Positions 32,783-42,540 of a stretch of DNA of 47,949 bases are shown piece by piece. A program made the position numbers and the translations under genes. This DNA comes from a virus (taxonomy: Duplodnaviria > Caudoviricetes), in IMG/VR virus record IMGVR_UViG_3300043432_000149, positions 1-47,949 of that record; one strand, 5' to 3'. Positions within the stretch are counted from its first letter, which is position 1; every line of letters starts with the position of its first letter. Under the pieces are notes generated by a model. It saw only the letters and a list, made by a program, of their open reading frames with translations. It did no database searches and was not told where the DNA came from.

Positions 32783-33544
32783 ATGCGGCTTCTTCTTTGT
32801 TCTTACCTACTTTTTCTTCTGTGCGCGCCGGCTTGGTCCGGCGAGTGGACCGGGTTCAGGGATGCCACGCTGGGCGCGGACATCTCGCAGCTCGGCGGCT
32901 TTCGTCAAGCCAGAGGCGACCTATTTGCACGCGTATCCGATGTTGACGCTGTCGCTTCTTTCGGCCTGTCAGCGGTCCTCTACGAGGTATCCGGGGCTAA
33001 GATCGTAGCTGTGCTCTTCTTTGCGAAAGATGAGGAGGCCGCAACCGCGCTTCGCGGGCGCCTGAGCAAGTCTTATGGGGCGCCCATTCAAATGAACGAG
33101 CAGCTCACAGCATGGACAGGAGAACAGACCCAAATCGTGGGGCTAGTGAAGGGCGGGGTCATCGGCTTCAAGCTCCAACGGCGTCCGCTGGAGCCGCCCA
33201 CTCCAGTTCCAGATGCCGAGGCCAGCAACGACAACGGGCTCGGGGAATGGATGGAGGATGAAGCCAGGAAGGATGCAGAGAAGGCCAGGATCCAGGCTGA
33301 GGCTGAGGCGAGGGCTGAGGCTGAGGCGTTGGCGGCCCGACAACATCAGGCGGAAATAGACGCGCAGACTGAAGAGATCACGAATAGAGTCATCGCTGCC
33401 CAGCAAAAACAGCTTGCGGAAGAAGCGGCAAAGACGCGAGCTTGCGGCGTTGGCGCTCACTGGAAACCGATGGGCGGCAGCGTGGTCTGGTGCGTGGATG
33501 TAGGCGGGACGAGCGTTCCTAATTATTGCTGCGCCCGGCAGTAG
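32783..33544 (+). CDS. secreted/periplasmic moron protein
   Basis: Signal peptide MRLLLCSYLLFLLCAPAWS; GGAGG RBS; upstream TTGATC-N18-TAGGAT. Confidence 0.7.
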   Translation: MRLLLCSYLLFLLCAPAWSGEWTGFRDATLGADISQLGGFRQARGDLFARVSDVDAVASFGLSAVLYEVSGAKIVAVLFFAKDEEAATALRGRLSKSYGAPIQMNEQLTAWTGEQTQIVGLVKGGVIGFKLQRRPLEPPTPVPDAEASNDNGLGEWMEDEARKDAEKARIQAEAEARAEAEALAARQHQAEIDAQTEEITNRVIAAQQKQLAEEAAKTRACGVGAHWKPMGGSVVWCVDVGGTSVPNYCCARQ

Positions 33545-33549
33545 CAAAG

Positions 33550-33574
33550 CAAAAGCCCCGGACGGCCGGGGCTT
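33550..33574. terminator. terminator hairpin between convergent genes
   Basis: AAGCCCCGG-ACGG-CCGGGGCTT with an A-run on the 5' side. Confidence 0.7.
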
Positions 33575-33590
33575 GGGAGGATGGCGGCGG

Positions 33591-33761
33591 TCAGGCTTGC
33601 CAAGGTGCTTCGCCTTCAGCTTCGACGGCGTCGGCCAGTTCGTTCGCGACCTTGTGCGCTTGCCTGGTGATCGCCTCGGGCTGGCTCATGTCAGCTCCGC
33701 CCGCGATGAGCGCACCTGTAATTTGCGGCAAGCTCTGGGCGATAAAATCCGATCGAATCAT
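33591..33761 (-). CDS. 56-aa small protein (MIRSDFIAQSLPQI...LADAVEAEGEAPWQA)
   Basis: Translated by hand; GGAGGAGG RBS; paralog of the next ORF. Confidence 0.7.
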   Translation of the reverse strand: MIRSDFIAQSLPQITGALIAGGADMSQPEAITRQAHKVANELADAVEAEGEAPWQA

Positions 33762-33830
33762 GAATCCTCCTCCTGGAGGCCCGAGAACCAGAAGAGACCC
33801 CCTCCTTTGGGGAGGGGGCGGCGTTTAGCC

Positions 33831-33983
33831 TTACAGCCAGGGCGCTTCCCCGCTCGCTTCAAGCGCATCCGCGAGCAACTTTGCAACACCTACGGATTGC
33901 TGAGGCGTCAGGGGCTTCCCTGTCGTCCAAGCGGTCGTCCATATTTGAACTGTCGCTTGAGCGATGTATACTCCTCTGGTCAT
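33831..33983 (-). CDS. 50-aa small protein (MTRGVYIAQATVQI...LADALEASGEAPWL)
   Basis: GGAGG RBS; paralog of 33591..33761. Confidence 0.7.
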   Translation of the reverse strand: MTRGVYIAQATVQIWTTAWTTGKPLTPQQSVGVAKLLADALEASGEAPWL

Positions 33984-34074
33984 CGGGACCTCCGAGTTGA
34001 GGTTGTCGGTTCTAGAAGCCCCGCGTGGTTGATGCCACCGGGGCTTTCTTGTTGGGTGACTCCCAACAAGAGAG

Positions 34075-34119
34075 AATATAAGACTTAGTGTTGACTTTGT
34101 CAATTGCTGATTGTAAATT
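34075..34119. promoter_or_regulatory. overlapping divergent promoters (minus TTGACA-N17-TATATT; plus TTGACT-N17-TAAATT) sharing the palindrome TTGACTTTGTCAA at 34091-34103
   Basis: Read directly; a near copy TTGACAAAGACAA at 34402-34414 overlaps a further TTGACA-N17-TAAACA promoter. Confidence 0.7.
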
Positions 34120-34139
34120 CTTTCATGGAGGAACTGTTC

Positions 34140-34427
34140 ATGGAAGAAGCCAACCAGTGGCAACAGCTTTTGGCTGGGTATCGGACTGCCCGGACAATGA
34201 CACAGGGTCAGCTTGCCGAATTGCTGGGCGTCACCATTACCCAGATCAATAGATGGGAAAATGGGCGCGGCACCCCTGGAAAGAAGAGCCAGCAGCGGAT
34301 TCGAGAGATGCTGGAAGGCCGAAAGGGGCCAGATGCAGAGCAAAAGCTAGATGCTGCACTAGCTGACCTGAGAGAAATAAAAGAAATGCTTCGTCAGATA
34401 ATTGACAAAGACAAAACAAAGCCTTAA
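34140..34427 (+). CDS. XRE-family HTH regulator
   Basis: RTARTMTQGQLAELLGVTITQINRWENGRGTP; GGAGG RBS. Confidence 0.88.
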   Translation: MEEANQWQQLLAGYRTARTMTQGQLAELLGVTITQINRWENGRGTPGKKSQQRIREMLEGRKGPDAEQKLDAALADLREIKEMLRQIIDKDKTKP

Positions 34428-34520
34428 ACAGAGAGAGTTAGCGCATAAAACGCCATACCCCCGCACTGTTTGCACCAGCCGAGGGCGTGGCCCGACCCCC
34501 ACTTAGACTGGAGATCGAAC

Positions 34521-34835
34521 ATGAGTCAGTCTGCCTCATCTGCCCGTCCCCTGCAAATCGTCCCCCGCGTGGGCAGCCCGTCGGCCGCTGTCGAAGCTGG
34601 CCTTGACCCATTCGCCTGGTACATCGACCACGCCGAGGACCAGCTCGATCACTTTGGGCTCTTCTCGCTCGTCGAGGCTTTCCGCGAAGCCGGCTTCAGC
34701 TCCATCCCGATCGAGATGCTCGACATGGAGCGCCACATTGAAGAGCTGTTGGAGCGCGCCCGCGAAGCCACGGCCGACTTGATCGGCCAGCTCTCCGCAC
34801 TCCATGCGAAACGTCAGCGCCGCAAGGTGGACTGA
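34521..34835 (+). CDS. 104-aa unknown protein, paralog of 1466..1816
   Basis: GGAG RBS; AVEAGLDPFAWYIDHAEDQLDHFGL. Confidence 0.75.
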   Translation: MSQSASSARPLQIVPRVGSPSAAVEAGLDPFAWYIDHAEDQLDHFGLFSLVEAFREAGFSSIPIEMLDMERHIEELLERAREATADLIGQLSALHAKRQRRKVD

Positions 34836-34890
34836 TAGTCCACATCGACCGGGCGCGCTTTTGACTCAATGTGGACTGGTAGTCCATATT
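34825..34890 (+). promoter_or_regulatory. promoter TTGACT-N18-CATATT with two CI-type 21-bp operators at 34825-34845 and 34869-34889
   Basis: AGGTGGACTGATAGTCCACAT and ATGTGGACTGGTAGTCCATAT fit the PL/PR operator pattern. Confidence 0.65.
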
Positions 34891-35082
34891 TTCGCATGAG
34901 GTGCGAAAAGATTTTTTTCTTCTCCGGCTACATAGCTGGAAAGCGGAGTCCGAAGGGGCATGGTTCCTAGGCCGGCCCTTTGGACTCCCTGTTTTCGAGA
35001 AGCCGCATTTCGCGGCCACCCGATACCACACGCCCCGCAAAGGCCGTGGTGTCGGTCCACCCCAGTTCCATTGGAGTGTACG

Positions 35083-36111
35083 ATGTCGAAAGTAATGAAG
35101 AAGCCCACCGATCCGCAACAGCCAGAGGAAGGATCGTCACGGGACTATGACTATGCAGCCATTGGGCGCGGGACCGTCCGGCTTGCTGGCCGCGAGTTCG
35201 CATGTGCCATTCTTGGTGCTCGGGAGCGACCGCGCGTTATCTTCCAGCAGGCCGTAGAATCGGCCTTTGCCCTCAGCAAGAGGGGGCTTTCTGATCAAGT
35301 GGACAAGCTGCCTCATTTTCTGGCTTCTGAGAACCTAAAACCCTTTATTGACAGTGAGTTAATTAAGTCTCTAAGAACTTGGCGCGTTCGGATGCCGGAC
35401 GGCACGCGAGGCAAGCAGATCGTTTACGCCTTCGACGCCAAGCTGGTGCCCGCCACGGCCCAGGTTTACATCAAGGCCATGATGGCCGGAACGCTGCACC
35501 ACAAGCAGAAGGCGATCGCTGACCAAGCCTTGAAGTTCCTGGTGGATCTGGCGACCGAACAGATCGAGGCCATGGTCGATCGCGCTTGCGGCTACGACAC
35601 TCAGGAGCTTTACGCGGTTGGCGAGTTGCTCAAGATCCTGGTTTCCCCCGAGGCAACGAAGTGGGCTCCAATGTTCCCGCGCTACTTCTTCGAGCCGATC
35701 TGCAAGCTCAAGGGCTGGAGCTTCAACCGCCAGATGCGGTTCCCGATGGCGATGGGCCAGGTGATCGTGGATGTGATCTATTCCCGCTTCGACCACCCGG
35801 CCGTTCTGGAGACGCTGCGCGCCCACAACCCGAAGGACGAGGGCACGGGCAAGCGGGCGCACCGGCACCACCAGAACTGTACCGAGATCGGCCGCTCTCG
35901 CCTCAGCAGCCTGATCGAGATGGCCTCGCGCCATGCGGCCGGGTGCATTGACCGGGGGCAGAATTGGGATGAGTTCATGGCCTTGTGGGACTTCATGCAG
36001 CCCAAGCCCGACGATTCCGGCTACCTCTTCCCGCCGCCCGAATTCAATAAGGCGCTGATCCTGGAAGATGCCCGGAAAAAGGCCCTCAACAGCGCACCGA
36101 GCCAGAACTGA
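35083..36111 (+). CDS. P63C-domain (Mx8 p63-like) antirepressor-type protein
   Basis: FLASENLKPFI, IEAMVDRACGY, KWAPMFP..FF..ICKLKGW, RHHQ..TEIG. Confidence 0.8.
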   Translation: MSKVMKKPTDPQQPEEGSSRDYDYAAIGRGTVRLAGREFACAILGARERPRVIFQQAVESAFALSKRGLSDQVDKLPHFLASENLKPFIDSELIKSLRTWRVRMPDGTRGKQIVYAFDAKLVPATAQVYIKAMMAGTLHHKQKAIADQALKFLVDLATEQIEAMVDRACGYDTQELYAVGELLKILVSPEATKWAPMFPRYFFEPICKLKGWSFNRQMRFPMAMGQVIVDVIYSRFDHPAVLETLRAHNPKDEGTGKRAHRHHQNCTEIGRSRLSSLIEMASRHAAGCIDRGQNWDEFMALWDFMQPKPDDSGYLFPPPEFNKALILEDARKKALNSAPSQN

Positions 36112-36152
36112 AAGGAGGCGGCCCGCCGGGCAACTGGCGGGCCTGCATTGCC

Positions 36153-36602
36153 ATGCTGAACGAAGAACAGATCCAGCAGATAACAAAGGAAGCATTCCGG
36201 AAGCTTCAGGACGATGGAACGCTCGACCAGATCCGGCGCCGGCTCGAATTTCTTGCGATTGATGCGCAGCTCCAGGGAGACCTCGGCTTCATGGATAAGC
36301 TTTGGGAGAAATTCCTGGACGCGCAGATCTATGGCACGACCGCGCAAAGTCTTGATGCGCTGCGAAACTGTCGCCGCTGGTCCGATCGGGTGCTGGAGCA
36401 GCTCGAATGGCTGGAGCGCGACGCAGCCAGCCGGCTTGCCAAGAAGAAGGGCGAAAAGCGACTGCAGTTGGCGCGCGTCCTGGATGCGTTCCAATACCAA
36501 CTAGAGCGGGTGCGGGCGCTTCGCAAGGCATTCCGCTCCGTTCATGCCGAACTCGAAAACGCGGGCATCAGCGAACTCGAACGAGAGCTGAACGCCGAGT
36601 AG
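36153..36602 (+). CDS. helical hypothetical protein, 149 aa
   Basis: ORF track; same strand as P63C; followed by a terminator hairpin. Confidence 0.6.
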   Translation: MLNEEQIQQITKEAFRKLQDDGTLDQIRRRLEFLAIDAQLQGDLGFMDKLWEKFLDAQIYGTTAQSLDALRNCRRWSDRVLEQLEWLERDAASRLAKKKGEKRLQLARVLDAFQYQLERVRALRKAFRSVHAELENAGISELERELNAE

Positions 36603-36637
36603 CCCGAATTCTCCGGTTTGAAACCGGAAAAACCCAG

Positions 36638-36660
36638 AGCCCCTCCCGCGAGGGGCTTTC
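36638..36660 (+). terminator. terminator-like hairpin closing the accessory island
   Basis: AGCCCCTC-CCGC-GAGGGGCT-TTC. Confidence 0.55.
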
Positions 36661-36711
36661 GCATTCTCAGCCCCCCCCCCTTGGGGCCTTTCGCTTTTCA
36701 GGAGCACTCCC

Positions 36712-39708
36712 ATGGTCATGGTCGGCGTCATCGAGTCAGCCATCACGCTCGGCACGGGCGATTTCAGCAAAAGCATTGACGTGGTGACGGGCGGCCTCAA
36801 GCGGATGCTTGGGGCCATGGAGGAGTTCGCTTTGAGCTCGCTCAACGCGAGCATGGACTTCAACCGATCGATGGCCAACGTTGGCAGTCTGATCCCTGGC
36901 AACACCGCCCGCGTGCTGGAACTGAAGGGTGCCGTACAGCAGATGGCGGAGCAGACCGGCAAGAGTACAGGGGAGTTGGCCGACGGCATGTACGAGATGA
37001 TCGGGGCCTTCGGGGATTCCTCGGACTCGATCGCCCGTCTTCGCACGGCCACAGACTTGGCGTCCGCCGGCCTGGCGGACACGAAGGATGCAATGGCTTT
37101 GATTGCGGCCGAAACCCGCGCCTACGGCGACACGTCGAGCGAGACGGCCGCGAAGGTGGCGGATCTGGCAACGATGGCTGTCAATCTCGGCCAAACGACC
37201 CTTCCCGAACTTGCCGCAGCCATGCCCCGAGTGACCGCGCTGTCCTCGCAAATGGGCGTCTCGTTTGAAGAAATGAACACCATTATGGCGACTTTTACAG
37301 GCGTCACGGGCAATGCGGCCGAAGTTGGCACCCAGATGCGCGGCATGCTCCAGGCCCTGGCAGCGCCGAGCGAGGACATGAAGGTTCTTTTTGCGGAATG
37401 GGGGGTGGAGACCGGGAAGCAAGCCGTCGAGATGATGGGGCTGCAGGGAGCGATCGAGGGCATCAACGCCAAGGCAGAAGAGTTGGGCGCCGGGGGGCTG
37501 CAAAAGCTTGTTGGTTCGATGGAGGGCCAGACGCTCGCCATGGCCGATTCGGGGGCAACGGCAGCCAAATACGTGCAGAACCTTGAGGCGATGAAGAACG
37601 CGTCAGGGGCGACAGCAACGGCTCTCGCCGAGCAAAACAACGGCATCGCCAGCGCAACCTTTTCCTGGAACAAGCTGAGCGCTGCCGGCGAGGTGTTTAG
37701 CCAGAATGTTGGCCAGGTGCTCGAACCAGCATTCACTGTGATCTGGGATGCCATGCGTGAAGGCGTCGATGCTGCAGGCGCATGGCTCGCTACGTTTCCG
37801 GAGCTGACGGGCACAATCAAGGCGTTCGCTGAAGGTGCCGTTGGTTATGTCAAGGGGACGCTCGTTCCAGGCATCGTTGAGGCATGGCCCGGCATCAAGC
37901 AGGGGTTCGTAGACGTATGGGAGGGAATCAAGGCCTTCATCGCGGGAGACACGAAGACCTTCGACACCATGGCAGCGAACACTGGCGATCGAATCGCTCA
38001 TGGATTGAAGACCGCCATCGAGGGCGGCTACGACGCGATCAAGGCGTCATTCGCGACGCTCCTGGACGCCCTTGGCGCCAGCGTCGGTGCATGGCTGGCT
38101 GATCTTCCAAGCAAGGCATACGCCGCAGTTGCCCCAGATTCCGCAATGATCCCGCGCACGGCCGAGCAGCAGATCGGAGATTGGCAGGACTACGAAAGCG
38201 GCCCGCACGCCCTGGGCGGCTATATCTCGGGGGCGGGAACCAGCACCTCGGATTCGATCCGCGCTTGGCTCTCTAATGGCGAGTACGTTGTCAACGCGGC
38301 CGCCACAGCCAAGAATCGGCCGCTGCTGGAGGCCATCAATGCGGGACGCTTTGCGGAAGGCGGCATTGTGGGGAGTGCGGCGGATCCAACCGACAGGATC
38401 TGGTCGATTCTCAACCCGAGCACAGAGTCTGGAACTAAAAACGATACCGACTTCATCAAGTTTTTCGATGAGATGAGTTCGTCTGCTGCCGATGCGGCCA
38501 AAGCTTTTGATGCGATAGGGAGGCCCATTGAAGCGGCAGGCCGCGAGATGTTGAGCTACATCAAGTCAGCCGACGAGATGAACAGCGCGACGCTGAAGGC
38601 GGCCGGGTGCGTCCAGGACTTCGCTGGGTCGGCGCAGGATGCTGCTCAGTCTTCGGAGCAAGTGGCGGCGGCGATGGGGCGCGCGATGGATCCCGTCAGT
38701 TCCATGATGCAGCAGATCGCGGAGACCGACGCCAAAATGAAGAGCATCGGCTACGGGGAAGGCGCGAACCCTCTCCATCCGGACGTCGCATCGGTCCATT
38801 CACTGGACGGGCTGAAGCTCGTCAACAACTCCTTCGCCAACACGGTGTCGGAGAAAATCAAGGCTGTTCTGGGCTCGTTCTCGGTGAAGCTCGATGGCAT
38901 GTTCGCGGGTCTGCCGGGAGCGCAGAAGATGTTCGACCAGATGAACCAGGGCGCGCTCCAGGCGCAGTCTGGCAACACCTTCTTCGACTTCGGCGCCCTC
39001 AAGTCCATGCAGGAGGGCAACCTCCGTCTGCTCGCCGTCATGGAAAAAGGCGGCGAAGCCCTCAACAGCGAGTGGCTGGATTCCCTGCTCGGCACCTCCG
39101 CCTCGTGGGGCGACTCGCTCGCAAGCCAGAGCTCGGTCATCGGCCAAGCCACCGAGGCGCAGAACCAGCTCCAGGCAGCTACCCAGAGCATGATCGAGCC
39201 GCTCCAGACCGCATCCATGGGCCTGGCGGAGTCGGCGGCGGCATCTGCGGCGGCGGCATCCTCGGGCGCCACGTTCGGGCAGGTGATGGCGATCTCCTCG
39301 CAGATGGTGGCCCTCGGCGCTGGGCAGATGGCGGGGGCCTTCGCCGCCTCCTCGATGAGCATGGGGCTGGCGGCGGCCGGCACGCTCTCCATGATCGATC
39401 AGCAGCTCGCGCGGTACGGCGACGTGACGACCGAGCTCGGCAAGCAACTCGCAGGCGGCTACGGCATCACGGGCGCCGTCGTCTCGGGCGATGCGTCGGG
39501 GATCGGGCACGGGGCGTCCTTCACCCCGCCGCCCGGATGGAGCGGCTTCTCTGGGGCGCAGGGGCTTGGCGGCGGGACCAAAGCGCTGTCGCCGGGCTTT
39601 GGCCAGCAGCCGAACATCATCGTGCAGATCGACGGGGAGGCGGTGTTCCGCGCGGTGCAGAACCATGCCGCGACCTACGTCAGCCAGAACCCCGGGATGT
39701 GGGTCTGA
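36712..39708 (+). CDS. tail tape measure protein (TP901 family)
   Basis: FNRSMANV, AVNLGQTTLPELA; GGYISGAGTSTSDSIRAWLSNGEYVVNA motif; 998 aa, Ala/Gly-rich. Confidence 0.93.
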   Translation: MVMVGVIESAITLGTGDFSKSIDVVTGGLKRMLGAMEEFALSSLNASMDFNRSMANVGSLIPGNTARVLELKGAVQQMAEQTGKSTGELADGMYEMIGAFGDSSDSIARLRTATDLASAGLADTKDAMALIAAETRAYGDTSSETAAKVADLATMAVNLGQTTLPELAAAMPRVTALSSQMGVSFEEMNTIMATFTGVTGNAAEVGTQMRGMLQALAAPSEDMKVLFAEWGVETGKQAVEMMGLQGAIEGINAKAEELGAGGLQKLVGSMEGQTLAMADSGATAAKYVQNLEAMKNASGATATALAEQNNGIASATFSWNKLSAAGEVFSQNVGQVLEPAFTVIWDAMREGVDAAGAWLATFPELTGTIKAFAEGAVGYVKGTLVPGIVEAWPGIKQGFVDVWEGIKAFIAGDTKTFDTMAANTGDRIAHGLKTAIEGGYDAIKASFATLLDALGASVGAWLADLPSKAYAAVAPDSAMIPRTAEQQIGDWQDYESGPHALGGYISGAGTSTSDSIRAWLSNGEYVVNAAATAKNRPLLEAINAGRFAEGGIVGSAADPTDRIWSILNPSTESGTKNDTDFIKFFDEMSSSAADAAKAFDAIGRPIEAAGREMLSYIKSADEMNSATLKAAGCVQDFAGSAQDAAQSSEQVAAAMGRAMDPVSSMMQQIAETDAKMKSIGYGEGANPLHPDVASVHSLDGLKLVNNSFANTVSEKIKAVLGSFSVKLDGMFAGLPGAQKMFDQMNQGALQAQSGNTFFDFGALKSMQEGNLRLLAVMEKGGEALNSEWLDSLLGTSASWGDSLASQSSVIGQATEAQNQLQAATQSMIEPLQTASMGLAESAAASAAAASSGATFGQVMAISSQMVALGAGQMAGAFAASSMSMGLAAAGTLSMIDQQLARYGDVTTELGKQLAGGYGITGAVVSGDASGIGHGASFTPPPGWSGFSGAQGLGGGTKALSPGFGQQPNIIVQIDGEAVFRAVQNHAATYVSQNPGMWV

Positions 39709-40910
39709 TGGGATTCACCCTCGATTTCAAGGTGGCGTGGGGTTCGCTCCCGCTGGCGGCCAGCCCCTCGTTCTCCAGCGTCGGGAGCCGCATCCTGTCG
39801 CTGAACACGGCGCGCGGCCGGTCGTTCCGGCTCGACCGCTCGCAGGCTGGGACGTGCAAGGCGGTTTGCCTCAACACCGATGGAGCGCTGGATCCGGACT
39901 ACCCGAGCGGCCCCCACTACGGCAACATCAAGCCGGGGCGCAAGGCGCAGGCGCTGATCACGGTGAGCGGCAACACCCACGAGCTGATCACGCTCTTCCT
40001 GCAGAGCCTGCCGCGCGTGTTCCCCGACCAGGTGAGCGACGTGGTGACGCTGGCGGGCGCCGACGGGTTCGTTCGGTTCGGCAAGCCGAAGATCACGACG
40101 GAGAGCAATTACCCGGAGGAGCTCTCCGGGGCGCGCATCACGCGGGCGCTCAACGCCGTATCGTGGCCCGGCACCAGCCCGGACGCTCACCGAGCCATCG
40201 ACGCGGGCACGTCACTGATCCCGTCCGTCGGCGTCAAGGGCCGCTCCGCAATCGAGCATATCCTGCACTGCGAGCAGTCCGAGCTCGGTCGGTTCTTCAT
40301 CTCGAAGTCGGGCGCCGCCGTCTGGCTGGCGCGCCACACGCTGCTCACGGAGTCCGTCTACACCGAGCCGCAGATCGTTTTCTCGGACCCGGCCGAGGAC
40401 GGCGATGTGGGATTCGTCGAGATCGAGCCGGAATACAGCGACGATCTGCTGTACACGAAGATCGTGGCCTCGCGCGTGGATGGCGATGAACAGAGCGCGG
40501 AGGACTCGGACGCCGCCGACGAATACGGACCTTCGACGCTGGATCGCGGGGAGCTGCTGCTGACCTCCGACAGCGAGCTCGAGGACCAGCTCTACTACAC
40601 GCTCTATCGCCACAAGCGGCCGGTCACTCGTTTTCGCAAGATCCGCGTGTGTTCGTCGGTGTCGGACGCCGTGCTCGACCAGATCCTGGGGCTGGAGCTC
40701 GGGTACCGCGCGACCGTAAAAAAGACGCACCCGCGCCTCGGCTACACAAAGACGCAGGACGTGCAGATCGAGCACATCGCGCACCAGATCGACGCGGACG
40801 AGCAGATCGTCTGGACCACCTTCCAGCTCTCCGACGCCGACACTAGCACCTATTACCGCCTCAACCACGCCACGTACGGCACGCTGGGCGACTGGCCCTG
40901 GGGATTCTGA
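39708..40910 (+). CDS. tail tip / baseplate hub protein
   Basis: Starts MGFTLDF overlapping the tape-measure stop; RGRS...AGTC...LDP, EQSELGRFFISKSG. Confidence 0.7.
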   Translation: MGFTLDFKVAWGSLPLAASPSFSSVGSRILSLNTARGRSFRLDRSQAGTCKAVCLNTDGALDPDYPSGPHYGNIKPGRKAQALITVSGNTHELITLFLQSLPRVFPDQVSDVVTLAGADGFVRFGKPKITTESNYPEELSGARITRALNAVSWPGTSPDAHRAIDAGTSLIPSVGVKGRSAIEHILHCEQSELGRFFISKSGAAVWLARHTLLTESVYTEPQIVFSDPAEDGDVGFVEIEPEYSDDLLYTKIVASRVDGDEQSAEDSDAADEYGPSTLDRGELLLTSDSELEDQLYYTLYRHKRPVTRFRKIRVCSSVSDAVLDQILGLELGYRATVKKTHPRLGYTKTQDVQIEHIAHQIDADEQIVWTTFQLSDADTSTYYRLNHATYGTLGDWPWGF

Positions 40911-40912
40911 CC

Positions 40913-41494
40913 ATGATCGAGAGCATCGAAACTATGCTGGCCCTCGCCGCGGCGCGCGGGCGCAAGAACCTGCAGCCGGGCAACGGAACACCCACGATGG
41001 ATCTCTACTGGCGGATGCAGGGGCGCCCGGATCGGCTGGCGGGAATGGCCAGCGCCTTCGCGGTGCAGGCCAAGCTCAACCACAGCCGATGGATCGCGGA
41101 GTGCTGTTTCTGCCACAACGCGATGCTGGTGGCCCTCACGGATCCTCGGTGGTGGTGCTCCAACGCGAAGTGCAGGAACGGCGGGCCGAGCGGCGCAGCT
41201 GGAGCGGCCATCCCGATCGAGATCCCGGCGCCCTGGGACATCATGCGGATCGAAGCTCTGCTTGTTCTGCGGCCGGCGCCCGAGGCCAGGAACTGGGAGC
41301 CGGGCACCACCGTGGCGCAGCTCGTTGCTGAGAACGCGGATCCGCCTGTTGTGCGTGGCCGCGCCATGCCCCCGATCGACATCGGCAAACTCCCAGCCGC
41401 ATGCCAGGAACTGCTCTCGCGCTGGCGCCTGCTGTTTGGCGCCGAGGCGGTTGCTCAGGCCCTGGCCCGGCCGCCCGAGGAGTGGATGCGGTGA
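40913..41494 (+). CDS. Cys-rich tail-region protein
   Basis: NHSRWIAECCFC...WWCSNAKCRN...RNWEPGTTVAQLVAEN. Confidence 0.65.
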   Translation: MIESIETMLALAAARGRKNLQPGNGTPTMDLYWRMQGRPDRLAGMASAFAVQAKLNHSRWIAECCFCHNAMLVALTDPRWWCSNAKCRNGGPSGAAGAAIPIEIPAPWDIMRIEALLVLRPAPEARNWEPGTTVAQLVAENADPPVVRGRAMPPIDIGKLPAACQELLSRWRLLFGAEAVAQALARPPEEWMR

Positions 41495-42540
41495 GCGGCT
41501 GGATTACGGCCAAAACCTTCGTCGACCTGGAGCTGATGGCGGCGCGCTACTACCGCGACATCGCGGACGATTGCGACTATCTCCACGGCGATCAGGATGG
41601 GCAGGAGAACATCGATCTGGGCTCCTGTAATCTCTCGGTCGCTCAGGGCATCGGGGCACAGGAGCGGTTCGACCAGCTCGAGATCGGAGCACTGCCCGAC
41701 ACGGCTACAGGCCTGGTGGTGTTCGCCGGATACAAGGCCACCAGCACCAGCACGGGCGAGGCCTCGAAGCTGATTTTCTCTCTGCGGGATCCGAACACCA
41801 GCACGCTCGAGGATCTCGCCAGCATCAGCTTCATCAAGGCCGCGAGTTTGGCGGGCCGCGGCGCCTTGGAGATCAACACCTATTCGGGTGGGTCGGCACG
41901 CTCGCCGGTATCCATGCGCATCGACCACCACAGGCGGATCGGGGTTGGTGTCTCGTCGCCGGCTTACACCGTGGATGTGGAGGGCGACTGCAACGCGACC
42001 GACGGCTACGAGGGGCTTTCGACCTGGGGGGAGATCACGCCGGGCACCGCCTACCACAAGGGCGACGCCGAGGTGACGGGGCATTGGAAGAGCACCGTCG
42101 GCATCGGGACGGCACCGCTCCAGGCCAGTACGGGGGCACCGCTCAACCGGAACCTCAACGCCGACAACCTGCAGGGCGTGGGCTGGCCGGGCGCCGGCAC
42201 GAGCTCGACTGGTACGGCGACTGTGTCGTCCAAAGATCCGACCGAATACACGATCGCCTCCGTGGCGGCGCCGAGCGCAGGCCTCTACGAGATCACGGGA
42301 GAGGCCACGCTTTCGCCAGCTGCTGGCGACCTCGGAGCCAAGTTCTACCTGAAAACCACTGGCGGCGATCGCTGGGTGGACTGCTCGTGCGGCACATCGA
42401 GCGAGAAGACGCAGGTGATGGCCGTGTCGGAGTATCAGGCGACGAACGGCGAGACGCTGTACTTCAAGATCAAGAAGACAAGCGGGACAGGCTCCAGCAC
42501 GGCCGCTGGCTCAATCCGGATCCATAAGGTGTCGCCATGA
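41491..42540 (+). CDS. tail fibre-like protein, paralog 1
   Basis: RIGVGVSSPAYTVDVEGD; APLQ...NLNADNLQG motif. Confidence 0.7.
   Translation: MSGWITAKTFVDLELMAARYYRDIADDCDYLHGDQDGQENIDLGSCNLSVAQGIGAQERFDQLEIGALPDTATGLVVFAGYKATSTSTGEASKLIFSLRDPNTSTLEDLASISFIKAASLAGRGALEINTYSGGSARSPVSMRIDHHRRIGVGVSSPAYTVDVEGDCNATDGYEGLSTWGEITPGTAYHKGDAEVTGHWKSTVGIGTAPLQASTGAPLNRNLNADNLQGVGWPGAGTSSTGTATVSSKDPTEYTIASVAAPSAGLYEITGEATLSPAAGDLGAKFYLKTTGGDRWVDCSCGTSSEKTQVMAVSEYQATNGETLYFKIKKTSGTGSSTAAGSIRIHKVSP

Noticed and set aside
33290-33330. GGCTGA-type short tandem repeats
   Set aside because: They simply encode an AEAEARAEAEA helical linker.
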